A stretch of 53,938 nucleotides of DNA, the filler included, from Bipalium vagum (taxonomy: Eukaryota): assembly GCA_037834085.1 (NCBI GenBank). It is 3 parts of 3 records of this genome, joined end to end, with 100 filler letters (N's around TTAATTAATTAA, not from the genome) between each part and the next. Parts side by side here need not be neighbours in the genome. Positions count along the whole stretch, not along the records: positions 1 to 15,931 come from JBBMKC010137176.1; 2 more parts are not named here. One strand, written 5' to 3'. Positions 1 to 11,322 of this stretch are shown in pieces. The translations under genes and the position numbers were made by a program. The notes beneath the pieces are model-generated. The model searched no databases. It was not told the DNA's origin and saw only the letters and a program-made list of their open reading frames with translations. Numbering within the stretch: position 1 is the stretch's first letter; each line of letters starts with the position of its first letter.

Positions 1-39
1 TCAATTAATTTTATTGTGGGTAGGTAATTAAATTCATAA

Positions 40-40
<1 letters not shown>

Positions 41-112
<72 letters not shown>
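41..112. repeat. (AAT)n abutting (ATT)n microsatellite, forming a spacerless palindrome
   Basis: Seen directly; centre between 69 and 70. Confidence 0.95.
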
Positions 113-429
113 CCAGTCAAGCATGTTGTGTAGATTTCATGATGTACCCATGATTGCTCCTGATCGACCAGTGGACATCCAAAGTATAAGCGATAAATAT
201 GACTCAAATCTGGTGTGATTGAACGTCACAGTAATGTTGTAGTAAATGGCCCAAAACATAACAGGAAATATCATGATTGTTTCTGTTCATCATGATCAAT
301 GAAATCAGTAATGTAAGATTGTAATTAATGAAATATCAAAAAACAAGAGAACATAGCCCATTGGTGATGTTAGCTTTTATAATAACACATAAACAATCTA
401 TGAACATGAACCCACTTATAATATTTTTT

Positions 430-555
430 CCGCTTTATCTTAGAAACGTGATGTGGTAGAAGAAAACTACAGACAGGTTAGAAATCAGCATCTCAAACTC
501 CAATTACGGCTTCTTTAATTTCATCTCTGGTGAAAATTTGTGTTGTTGACGAGTG
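430..555. mobile_element. Probable Chapaev3 (CMC) transposon terminus
   Basis: Ends ...tgttgttgacgagtg|taa (reverse complement CACTCGTCAACA, flanked by TWA), like recalled Chapaev3 ends. No partner end found. Confidence 0.4.
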
Positions 556-711
556 TAATTAGCAATATATAAAATTTCAAGGATAAAATTGAATAAAGAA
601 TATAAAGAAAAAAATTAAATAATTTAATAAAATTAAGCGAAAATACAAAGAAAATAAATTTTATAATTTTTAAGTAAAATAAATACAGAAAATCAATTTT
701 AAATTACCGGA

Positions 712-1690
712 ATGGGTAGAAAATTGGTTGCGGATAGGGATATCCTCAAGGATATGTCAGCAACAAAAAGAGCCCGGCGTTACAAAAGCCAAAGCGTGGA
801 AGAAATTGAGGATGAAAATTACAACTGTGTTGTGCAAAAAAGAAACCACAATAGAGCATTGAAAATAAATGATATACGAACCAGAGGAAAGACGTTGGCA
901 GAAGAGCACGGTTACCACGAATTTAAGGCATCTTTGCGTTGGTGCAGCTTATTCATGGTACGAAAAAAATTTTCAGTGCGAAGAAGAACAAGAGTAGAAG
1001 AACAAGAGTAACTGCCATGTGATCATTAGCAAAAATTTTTTTCTTTTCGGAAGTTTGTCGAACCTGAAGCTTTAAACATTTCTTCTCACAACTTTGGTGT
1101 CGTATATGAACGGACGGTGGGTGTCAAGGGGCGAGACAATATAAAAATTGACTCTATATTTTATCGTTGTAGTTGGTGTGACTGCTGCTGGTGAAAAACT
1201 CAAGCCTATGCTCATTTTTTAAAAGAAGTTGATGCCAAAAGGCAAATTTCCTGCAAATGTTATTATCAAAACGAATGAAGAAGGTTGGATGAATCAAGAA
1301 CTGATGAAAGAATGGATCACTGAAGTATGGAATCAAAGGCAATATCGCAATTTAGACCCTGGTCGACCTTACTCATTTTAGACTCTGCTCGTTGTCATAT
1401 AACTGACGAAGTAAAGCAGTTCTGTCAACAATACAGAAAAATCGCTGAAATACCAGCTGCTTTGACCAAATTTCTGCAGCCCTTAAACGTAGGTATTAAC
1501 AAACCATTCAAGGATAAATTGAAGGATTGCTGGAAAATGGATTGCAAATGAGGCCCATGCAAATTATGCCAAAAGCGGAATCAGAAAAATAATGAGCTAC
1601 CAAGAAGAAGCAATTTTGGTCAACGAAAGTTTTTCTTCTATCTCCTCTCACTCTATCAAACATAACTTCGAAAAAGCCTTGTGTGACGTC
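712..1690 (+). mobile_element. pogo/POGK-like transposase pseudogene (CENP-B HTH + DDE_1)
   Basis: EFKASLRWCSLFMVRKKFSVRRRT; VTAAGEKLKPMLIF; NEEGWMNQELMKEWI; LLILDSARCH; LTKFLQPLNVGINKPFK; frameshifted. Confidence 0.9.
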
Positions 1691-3476
1691 GAAAATCTAA
1701 AAAACGATTTTTTCAGTAACCGATGATGATTATGTAGAAATTTGAAATTAAATTAAATTATTGTTACTTATGTTGTTGTTCTTTGGTTATATAATCAATT
1801 AAAATATTTTCTATCTTGCAATCAATCTGAAATTATTTAGCAAAATCTTTAGAAATTAAACCGCTCTTATCTATGGAATTTTAGGGTAAATCAATAAATT
1901 TAAAAATAAAGAATTGAAAATCCATGTCAGGGTAATTTAATCCGCTTCTTAAACGAAAAGTTTTGCTGAAATTAAGTGGAATCTTAATGACGCCTTTTGA
2001 TAAAAATTACTGTTGTAATTTGTTATTTGCATTTAATGTAATTTTGAAATGGGTAGATTTTAGTAACTTCTAAATTCCAAACCTAAATATCATGATCAAT
2101 CTTCATGATTAAAAAAATCTGTAATTTGATCTCTTGGATTCAATATTTAATTTGGAACCGGTCTAACCGGAAATTATAAATTTTAAATCATCTTAATTTT
2201 ATTAGGATTTTTTAAAAACGGAAAGAGTTTATTAGGCTGTGGGAAATTTATTGTCGCTTTTCTATATACAAAGACAAATACATTGAAAACAAAAATATAT
2301 AAGGATTTCGATTGATATTTTATAAGTATTGATTTACAATATTAGGATAGGTAAGCCTCTATTGAAAAAAAAATTATTTTATTCTTTTATGTTTGTTTGA
2401 CTAATATAAAACTCAGTATAAATGATAGACATAACGACGCGATTTCGAACATTATATGAAGCTTGTACAAAGCTTCTATTAGCAAATAAGATGCTCAGTG
2501 TTGGTACTAAAGATTTCGTTCTTGAGACATCTATTCAAGACGGGTGTTGTTCATGATATTGATATCACTCATGTAACTGTCCTTATCTAGTCAAATCCTC
2601 ACAATCAATTCGTAAAAAATTAAGAGAAAATGACTAAAATCCGCGTTAATCCATTTGCGCTTCAATTGAACAAAAAGACCAAAAATTCCTAACAACTGCA
2701 CGGACTTTACAGTTTCACAATAGAAACCTCGCTCTTAGTTTATTAAATATTTACAAAACCGATCAATATAAATAAATTATAAAACAAGAAATGTACCAAA
2801 TTTTTTCAAATTTTCTTGGCCCTGGGAGGTTTCTTAACTCTTGAGAAAATATTTCAAAGAAGACGACAAATCGATTTTATTTTGTCCTTTTTCATGTACA
2901 AAATTAATTGTTTTGTTTTATTTTAATTTTAAGAAATATCTAAAAAAACAAAAAACCGAAATATTTTATATTAAATCGATTAAAATTTATCTATTTATTT
3001 TCTCTCCCACATTTTTAAGATTCCCGAAAATATTTTTATCGAATGTGGTTTTGATTGTGGTTTTGCGAAGATGTAATACAGCTTAGATAGTGTAAGAACA
3101 TTAGTTGTGCAAACAGCCAGGCTACGAATGGTCGTTTTTGGTCTGCTGTGGGATCCCACTGCCCATTAAGGAACTTGTTCATAGAAAAATATCATTAACT
3201 AAGCAAACACACTGGAAGATCATAGAGAGTAAACTGAAGAAGGAATGGTCCTCGAGAAAGGATTTTTATATGAATAAATTTTTTTTTCATTAATGATCAT
3301 TATTAATCAATATCAAAAAATCGATATGATTTGTCATACTCTCAATAATCATTATTTAATGTAGCCTTACGAGATAATCAATACATCATTGATTCTAATA
3401 TTTATTGATCAATATTATTTAGTTTGATTAATTAATTACACAAAATGGAAAATTATCAAAAAATCAATGTCGTTAC

Positions 3477-3647
3477 CGTTTGGGAAATCCTCGAATGAGT
3501 GGAAAAGTCGTATATGGGAATTTCGACCTTTTTTCCGTGCTTCAACTGATTCAGAGTGTCAACAATCAAATCAATGTCGAATGCTGCCGGGTGATCAAAG
3601 TTGTAGTTGGAATTTGCAGCCTCGGCTCGTTCTTCGGGACTGAGAAC
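3477..3647 (-). CDS. UCKL1: Uridine-cytidine kinase-like 1, NFDHP exon
   Basis: VLSPEERAEAANSNYNFDHPAAFDIDLIVDTLNQLKHGKKVEIPIYDFSTHSRISQT, 171 nt, phase 0-0; uridine kinase motifs NFDHPxAFD and PxYDFxTH. Acceptor ttcgag|, donor |gtaacg. The next exon was not found inside the window. Confidence 0.95.
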
Positions 3648-5003
3648 CTCGAAACAAAAGAACCATGAACATTTATAGTTTTCAAAGAATTAAATTCTTA
3701 AATTCCTTGTTTTCTTTATCGGTATTACTTTTTAATAACCAATAATTTCCTTTGTGGCCAAAAGAAGCCCAACATTAAAAAATAATTTTTATAATTAAAT
3801 CAATAATGGAAAAAAAATTTCAATTTCGTGAAGAACAGATACCCATGAGGTGAGGGAAACGGAAAAAATTCACAAGCCCAGTTGTTTAATACAGAACTTT
3901 GAAAGGTACGAAAAACTTGAAAATGTCGTTAGCCTCAAAATTTTGTGAAACCTCTTAAAAATGCTTAAGGATAAAGTTCTCTTAATTATTAGAACTGTTG
4001 CTGAAATAAGCTGATGGATACAGAAGAACAGGTCACCTATGTTACATTAATGAATGTGTATGAAGGTAGGACAATCAGGTAATTAGAGGCATTTCCAAGG
4101 CTTAAAATGATTGGTTTCACAGTAATCTTGTGCATAGAATCGAGAAAAAGGCTGTTACGAATTTCAATCGTTGTTCAACCCAATGTGGGCGTTGCCTGAC
4201 AGAGACACTGCCTCAAACAGCCCAATTCCGCAATTTCCCAAATAATCACGATCCAAATACTGGAAAATGGAAAACTTAATAGAATCTCATCAAATTTCAG
4301 TCAAAACATAACAAAAGACGTGCAAAGCATTTCCATTTACTGACAATAAGAAGAAAATATTAATTATGAACGAGAACCCAGAAAAGGGACCTCAACCGTT
4401 AAACATGTATACAATAGAAATAGAAGTCCACAACATGGAAATTTAGAAAAAATTAACTGGAAATGCATAATATTAATAATTATCATTTTTCATAAGTTTA
4501 AATAAAATTTCACTTTTCTTTACTTGTTTTATTAGAAACAATAAGGGGTTTATTAACGGCCAGAGATTTTCTTCAATTTTGAATAAGAAAGTGACTTGTG
4601 GGTCACCTTGTTGATATATATATCTAAACCATAACGAATTATTAAAATGGTGTAAACCTTGAACTAATGTGACGAAATAAAACATGAACTTTATAAAATC
4701 GACGGAAAAACAGTTGAAAATTTAATTTTAATAAGTTATCATTATCATTAATCAATATCTTTATTAATGTTGATTATAATTATTATCATCATGATTATTG
4801 TTATTATCATTATTTTATTAATTATCTATTAACATTATTTAGAGTATTTATTATCTATAATCGACGAGAGAAACGAGAACAGAACTCTTAGGCGTGGACA
4901 CAACAAACAAAATGATCATCATTATCGATGAAATTAATAATTGATTTTTCATTATTGTTATTCCAACCAATTAAATAATAAAATGAGCCGCGTTTATCAT
5001 TAC

Positions 5004-5234
5004 TTTATAAAACGAATCCATGCAAACCAAAGACACCCAGGGAATGTTAAGGTTCTCAATTATTGTCCTGGCCACGGTGGTTTTGCCACTGCCACTGCCA
5101 CCACAAATGCCAATGACAAAGGGCTCCTTCAGTTGACCGTCAGCCGTATACCACGGTGGACGACCGGCCGTATAAATTGTTCGCTTACAGCCGTTGCTTT
5201 CCGTTTTCAGAACGTGATTCAACGACCCAGTTTG
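5004..5234 (-). CDS. UCKL1: Uridine-cytidine kinase-like 1, P-loop exon
   Basis: [13 protein letters not shown]...[40 protein letters not shown] matches the UCKL1-specific [12 protein letters not shown] motif plus Walker A; 231 nt, donor AAA|gtaatg. Confidence 0.95.
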
Positions 5235-5281
5235 CTAGTCAACACAAATTTCACATTTACCGTCAAAGCCAACAAATTTAC

Positions 5282-5336
5282 TCGGTACTGAATGCGTGAT
5301 TTCGCTTTCGACTTCTTCATTTCACCCTTTTCCTCA
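5282..5336 (-). CDS. UCKL1: UCKL1 exon (EEKGEMKKSKAKSRIQYR)
   Basis: Ends CGA|gtaaat; a 47-nt intron (5281-5235, ending gactag) gives a phase-0 in-frame join to the kinase exon. Confidence 0.7.
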
Positions 5337-5380
5337 CTAATTCCGAGATCAAATCAAAAATTCTAATCAACATTTCCTAC

Positions 5381-5394
5381 TTCAATTTTCCCAT
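5381..5394 (-). CDS. UCKL1: UCKL1 putative first coding micro-exon (MGKL/N)
   Basis: ATG GGA AAA TTG AA|gtagga; a 44-nt GT-AG intron (5380-5337) joins it in frame to T GAG GAA AAG GGT GAA ATG AAG. An alternative start is the ATG at 5320. Confidence 0.5.
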
Positions 5395-5779
5395 TTTTAC
5401 AAATTTTGAATTATTTTTTGAACGATTTAAACAAACTCAATTTTGTTGAGATTAACAACTTTCCTTTCTTTTTAATGAAAATCTTTCATGATTGCTTTTA
5501 ATAACTGAAAGTAAAATTTTTGTATTCTAATTTTTAATGTGTTTTTTCCAACTAATTGCTTTTGTTCTTTGCTCAAAATTCCTATTAAATATTAATTATT
5601 AATTTTTACACATAATTTTTAAACTAAAATATCTAAATCATTGAAATCTTTTTCTTGGTTAATTTTAACTCAAATTTAAATATTAATAAAACTTTTGTAA
5701 TACTTTATTTTATTATCTAATAATTTTTTATTATTTAACTATAATGGAAATTACTTATATATATTAATTGGATATTATT

Positions 5780-6315
5780 ATATATAGGAACTGGATATTA
5801 TAAAAGAAAGGCTGAAAAAGAATGCATATCCAGGTAGAAAGATAGAAAAGGTTATCAATGGAACAATTAACAAATTAATAACTGGAAACGAAAATGATGA
5901 AAAGAAAAGTAGAAATAGAAAAGAAGAGTTCAAGAACATAATAAAAATACCATTTTCAAAAGGATTTAGAACATTCAAGAGCATAATAGAAAAAACTGTT
6001 GGGCTTGACGATTTAAAAGTAATTTCAATGACAACAAAAACAAAAAGTTATTTAAAAATTAAAACGCCAACACCTGGATTATTGCAAGCTAATATCATAT
6101 ATGAATTTAAATGTCATTGGTATAATAACCTATACATGTGGGAGACAAAGCGTCACCTCAGAACACGTGTTAGTGAGCATTCGCAATTAAGGAGAACGAG
6201 TAAAGTTTTAGATCATTCTTTGAATGGTGTTGTGCAAAAAGGCAAGGTTAACGCTAAAGAATTTCTAATATATCATATACCGAAAGAAAATCTGGGTAGA
6301 CAATGTTTGCAATAA
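5780..6315 (+). mobile_element. Penelope-like retroelement 3' part (RT thumb + GIY-YIG endonuclease), decayed
   Basis: LKKNAYPGRKIEKVI...IKIPFSKG...NIIYEFKC...LYMWETKRHLRTRVSEH is the PLE GIY-YIG pattern. Confidence 0.85.
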
Positions 6316-7877
6316 AAGAACAGCCGAAAATTACTACGCATAACCTAATGAGACTCTGTTTTGCCACTGTATCACTTTGACAATGTTCGAATTTTGATTT
6401 TTTTATCCGGTTCTCTATACTTAAGCATCAATGAAAAATTGGATGAAAGAATAGATTTTTGAAATCGAAGAAAAAAATTAACACGAAAAGATTGTGACAG
6501 TGACTGATTGCAAGAATTCTCTAATTGAATGTGAAAAGACTGTTTAGAGAAAATTAATTTTCAAAATTGTATTGGGTTTAGTCAAGAGCGCAACTAGAAA
6601 AGGGTTATAAAATTCGCAGAGGGTCCGAGAAAAAATAAAATAATATAAACTATAATCAAGCAATAATAATAAAAATAATTTTTGATAATTCAATTAGAAA
6701 TTGGAGTTTAATTAAGAAGATGACTTTATTTAAGTAAAATCAAGTAGTTCATCAGGTAGTAGTTAGAATTACTAAGAAAATTCAGTATAAAAGAAAAACC
6801 ATTACTCCATAATTATAATCTCCAGAGTTACATTAAAAGACAACTTTTTGAATATTTCACCTCAGAAGATAATTTTCGAAAATAAAGATATTCTTAGGGG
6901 GAAAAGTTAATTTATTTTTGCCTTTTATCTTGAGATCTGGTTATGTTACTTTAGTAAATCTTGGGGCTCAGCTAGTAGTCCGGAGATCAGAAGAGAATAA
7001 AAATAAAGCGACAGATTTATTTATTTTATTTATTCTTTTCCTTTGTTATTTAATAACTTTTAAATCTAATTAGTTGTTGTCGATTTAATAATTGATTGGA
7101 ACCTTATTAATTGAAATTATTATGATCTTGACATTATTGAAATGGAAAATTTAGTGATCGTCTTCATTGCTAACTAAACGTTACATTGACGACTTGATAA
7201 TTGATATCATTGTTATTCTGTGTGTTATTATTATATTATGATATAAATACGTGAAATTGCGTTTTACTGATCTTTGCTGATTACACCAACTAATAGTGTT
7301 CGCAGTCAGATTGATTTAAGTCATCAAATAGTTAAAATTTGGAAAGAAAAATGTAAAATAAAATAATATGAATTTTAAATGAAAAATATTCATATACTTA
7401 TATAAGAGTGAGTAAGATGGGGTGTATTAACCTGGGATTCGCCTCAATTAAAACATCCCAGAGAATTCATCAATGAAGGGGAGCTCCACAACCTCAAGCT
7501 TTCTTTCTTTATTAAACGACAGTGATAGGTCAGAGTGCATCTGGTATTGACGTGTTTATTATCAAAGGGTTTTCTAAAGAAAATTAGTATGGAGCCAACT
7601 TAATGATACCCGACTGCATTTACTTCCAGATCATCAACATTATACAAATAGGAAAGTGAATGAATATCCTAGTCTAAACAACTGGTTTTACCAGTTTTTG
7701 TCAGTGTTACAAACAAAAGTTTAGAATTCCTTATTGTCTCAACGTTTTTATTATCAATAACGTAATCAAATTAAAATTCTCATTAGATTTATAATGAGAT
7801 TATCGAATTTTATACTTCACACTTTATCTTTAATTATGTAATGCTCATCATGTGTTTACGGTTAATTTATCTTTGAA

Positions 7878-8850
7878 CGGGTGACCCATACGTCACTTTC
7901 CAATTAAGAAATTGAATAATAAGCTTTTATTGAAAAATTGATTATTTTTAAAGATTTACGAATTTAATTCTTGGAAAATCGATACTGAAAAAAAGCGACT
8001 AGCAACAAATAAGAGGTATCAAATTCTATTATCAAAACAAGTATTCCATTATTTTAAAACTACGAAAATATAAAAATATTTCAAAATCAGGAAACCACCA
8101 ACAAAACCATTAATAATCACTAATAACAACAATAACCAACAAGAATTTTCTAACAATAGAGTTCTGTTACGGATTTAGAACGACCCGGAGACCAGTTTCA
8201 GTATGATCTCAAAAAATGTTTCTTGGGAACAGCACAGTACTATGGAAGACACTTGATTAACTGGTCAAAGACATCCATAAAACTGAGTTACCAAGAACTT
8301 CATTTTAAGTATACATCCACACAAAATCCAAATAGTTCAAAGTTATAAGTAACAGATAAACTTTGCGATTTTAATCCAAGATCTGGCCAGAAAGAAAATG
8401 GTTCTGTTGAAAAATTTATTATGAGAGATGAATTGCATTTTCACCTGAATGGCTATGTCAATAGGCAAAATACCATCTGGGGATACCTAGAATCCGGGGA
8501 TTATCCAATCAAATAAATTACATTCCCTTAAGATCACAAATTGGTGCGAAAAAGGAAATGCAGTCAGTCACAGACCCCAGATATCTAAAATGGTTGGAAC
8601 ATCTTGTGCACTCAGAAAAAGACTACATATATTGAACTTAGTGGCAACAAGAGAGGATCTTGTTGACATTATCAGAGCAACAATGGAGTTGCTAAGAAAT
8701 TTCTTTGGAAAGCAAATAATTTCTAGAAATTCAGATTTTAAATGGTCTGCTTAACTTAAATGATCGATTTAACAGCACCAGACTTTTTTTGCTTCTAGCT
8801 GAAATACCGATTGTGTTTGTAAACAGCCTCAGAATTATCCCTTTTGAATT
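7878..8850 (+). mobile_element. DD41D (rosa-type) Tc1/mariner remnant
   Basis: RDELHFHLNGYVNRQNTIWG, LHSLKITNWC and DLTAPDFF motifs; gggtg TIR-like start. Confidence 0.7.
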
Positions 8851-8862
8851 ATCCCTTTTAAG

Positions 8863-9131
8863 AAAAATTAAATGAGAAAAAAAATACCGATGGAAATATA
8901 AATTAAAATCCAAAATCCAAAGAAAATAATCATTGGATTAAAGTAGGTCCAAAACCTAATCCAACTTCCTCCAATTAATAAACAACTTGATTTTAAAGAC
9001 GAATCTATTTTAGTACAGCCATCCACTGTTATCAGAGGTTATATTGATCAGACTAGACCCATCCACATCATCAACGTCTGGTAGTTGATAATTTTGTAAC
9101 ACCGCCATTACTTCTTTTCTTCTATACTTAA
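8863..9131. repeat. Direct repeat copy 1 (decayed Tc1/maT-like transposase fragment on - strand)
   Basis: Near-identical to 10251-10442 apart from a ~77-bp segment (8935-9011). The - strand reads YQTLMMWMGLV*SI*PLITVDGCTKID. Confidence 0.85.
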
Positions 9132-9660
9132 CCCGATTAATGAATTACTTTATTAAAGTAGAATGTAAGATGAAAAATCTACTATTATTAACGTTTTATC
9201 AAGACATATTGAAGAAAAAAATGTAACAGAAGGTACCACACAAACTTTACAACTATCAAATAAACCATTTTAAATGAAGTTTAGAGAAACAGAAATTGAT
9301 TTTAATTAAATGATAGTTTATTTATTCAAAATAAAATAAAACGTAAAGAGGTCCAGTTAAAATTCCACAAATGCCTTAAATCCTATACACTTTGCAAAAA
9401 GTATAAATAATAGAACATATTCAAAATATGTAAAAGCAATTAAATATTTTAATACAAATCCACAATTACGCTTATTGGAATTTCAAAATCTATATTCAAT
9501 ATTTTGTTTTCATTTAAAAGGTCAGTCAGAAAATTTATGCTTAAATGAGCTATAGTAAATTTACATTTGTAGATGAAAAACCACCGTAGGAAAAATAAAC
9601 ATTGTTTTATTAAAAACATCAGTTTATGGAATTAAATGTAAAAGGAGAAAATTGTCTTTT
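9121..9660 (+). pseudogene. Decayed double-jelly-roll major capsid protein (C-terminal half), Polinton/Maverick/adintovirus-like
   Basis: Manual translation across stops and frameshifts: LNPINELLY*SRM*DEKSTIINVLSRHIEEK...LSNKPF...NDSLFIQNKIKRKEVQL/NST...TYSKYVKAIKYFNTNPQLRLLEFQNLYSIFCFHLKGQSENL. The motif order fits the recalled animal Polinton-type MCP C-terminus. Confidence 0.65.
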
Positions 9661-9720
9661 TTTTAAAACTAAAACGAAACATGTAGGAGTCAAAGATTCT
9701 ATTTTACATTTTTTAATAAA

Positions 9721-9897
9721 ATGGGAAGTTGTTATTCAAAATCTCTACATCAATATGATGATTAATTTGATAATAATGATATTTTAAAAGAATCAGATTC
9801 TAACTTCTTAAACGTAACCGGAGATATAATGAAAGATGTTACATATATGAATAAAGATAAATGTTCCAAATCTTTTTGGTGGTCTAAATGTTGTTAA
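9721..9897 (+). pseudogene. Small ORF MGSCYS...SKCC (one internal TAA) downstream of the capsid fragment
   Basis: 58 codons in one frame with a single internal stop. Confidence 0.4.
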
Positions 9898-9957
9898 TTT
9901 ACTATTTTTAATGACTTGAAATACGAATTGAAATAAAAGTAACTTAATTTAAAAGAA

Positions 9958-10191
9958 ATGTTAAAACGAAAATTGAAAGAATACTTTTTATTATTGAAAA
10001 TATTAGAAAGCAGGTTTTGAAAACCCTTTGAAAAAGTCGAATCCCAATTAAAAGACATTTCAGATTTATCAAATAGAACATTGTTAAATGAAATACAGAC
10101 AAAGTCTAATTATACTATGGAACCATTAAAAATGTTGATAAACGTTTATCTTCGAAAACGTTGGTTTGAAATAAGCAAAGCTACTTATTAA
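9958..10191 (+). pseudogene. Second small ORF of the viral-like block (one internal TGA)
   Basis: MLKRKLKEYFLLLKILESRF*KPFEKVESQLKDISDL...VYLRKRWFEISKATY*; 77 codons with a single internal stop. Confidence 0.35.
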
Positions 10192-10250
10192 ATGAAGTTG
10201 ATAAATCATAATTTTTACGAAACTTTCCTCACATTTTTTCCTTTTCAAAG

Positions 10251-10442
10251 GAAAATTAATTGAGAAAAGAAATACCGATGAAAATATAAATTAAAATCCA
10301 AAATTCAAAGAAAATAATCATTAGTACAGCCATCCACTGTTATCAGAGGTTATATTGATCAGACCAGACCCATCCACACCATCAACGTCGGGTAGTTGAT
10401 AATTTTGTAACACCGCCATCACTCATTTTCTTCTATACTTAA
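10251..10442. repeat. Direct repeat copy 2
   Basis: Shares aaataccgatg...aataatcatt and agtacagccatccactgttatcagagg...ttctatacttaa with copy 1. Confidence 0.85.
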
Positions 10443-10449
10443 TCAGATT

Positions 10450-10590
10450 TAAATTTAAGTTTCCAATTTCTCCGGAAAGTACTTTTGATTTCCGATTATA
10501 TCTTTTCCAAATTTGTCAAGCCAGTCGTCTGGCGCTTTAAAGGTTTCAATATCTAACTCTGCTGCAATATTAGAAGTTTCTTTTTCATTA
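10450..10590 (-). mobile_element. Tigger/pogo HTH fragment
   Basis: IAAELDIETFKAPDDWLDKF...KVLSGE. Confidence 0.65.
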
Positions 10591-10729
10591 TATTATTTTT
10601 TCATTACTGTTTATTTTATTTATTATTATTATTATTATTATTATCATTATTATTATTATTATCATTTTATTATCATTATTAATGTTATTAGTGTCTAATT
10701 TTTATTATTTTTATTAATATTATTAGTAT

Positions 10730-11322
10730 AAGGAGTGATTCCAACAATCCAGGGTTGGGATAACGATGAGGTGTGGTTTACGTTCACAAGGTATCGTTTG
10801 GCCATACTTCTTCGAAAATGCAGTAACTGGGGAGTGATACCTGGAGAATCTTGAAAATGTTTTTATGGCCTAGAATAACAAGAGGTTATAGATGCTTACA
10901 ACACGATGAGGCACCTGCGCACTATTCGCAAAATATCAGAAACTGGCTAGACCAAAAGTTCCTAAATCTCTGGATTTGAAGACGAGGTTCAATTGAGTGT
11001 CCTTCTCGTTCGCCCGATCTAACTCCGCCAGACTTCTTCTTGTGGGGATATCTAAAACAAAATGAGTACAGAGACAGACCTCATATAATCGCTGAGCTCA
11101 AGGATAAAATACTGGATGCTGGAATGTGCCAGCGAGCATGTCTAAATGTACTGTCTCGATTAAGTCATTTCCCGGCCATGAACGGGCTTCAAATTATTTA
11201 ATTACATATTGCATTTGTTTTTAAACATTCAAATAAAAAAGAATCACCTACTTTATATCTTTATAAAGTTTGTTCAAATATTTAAAATGAAAGTATGCTG
11301 ACATACATAATAAACGCCCTGT
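10730..11322 (+). mobile_element. DD41D Tc1/mariner 3' half
   Basis: LQHDEAPAHY...RRGSIECPSRSPDLTPPDFFLWGYLK; ends cgccctg|ta. Confidence 0.85.

Noticed and set aside
4941-5291. 116-aa + strand ORF
   Set aside because: Antisense shadow of the UCKL1 exons; the same applies to 3480-3668, 13782-14060 and 35935-36192.
8863-10442. LTR retrotransposon or TRIM interpretation of the direct repeats
   Set aside because: No TG...CA ends, PBS or PPT; the repeat reads as a DNA-transposase fragment.
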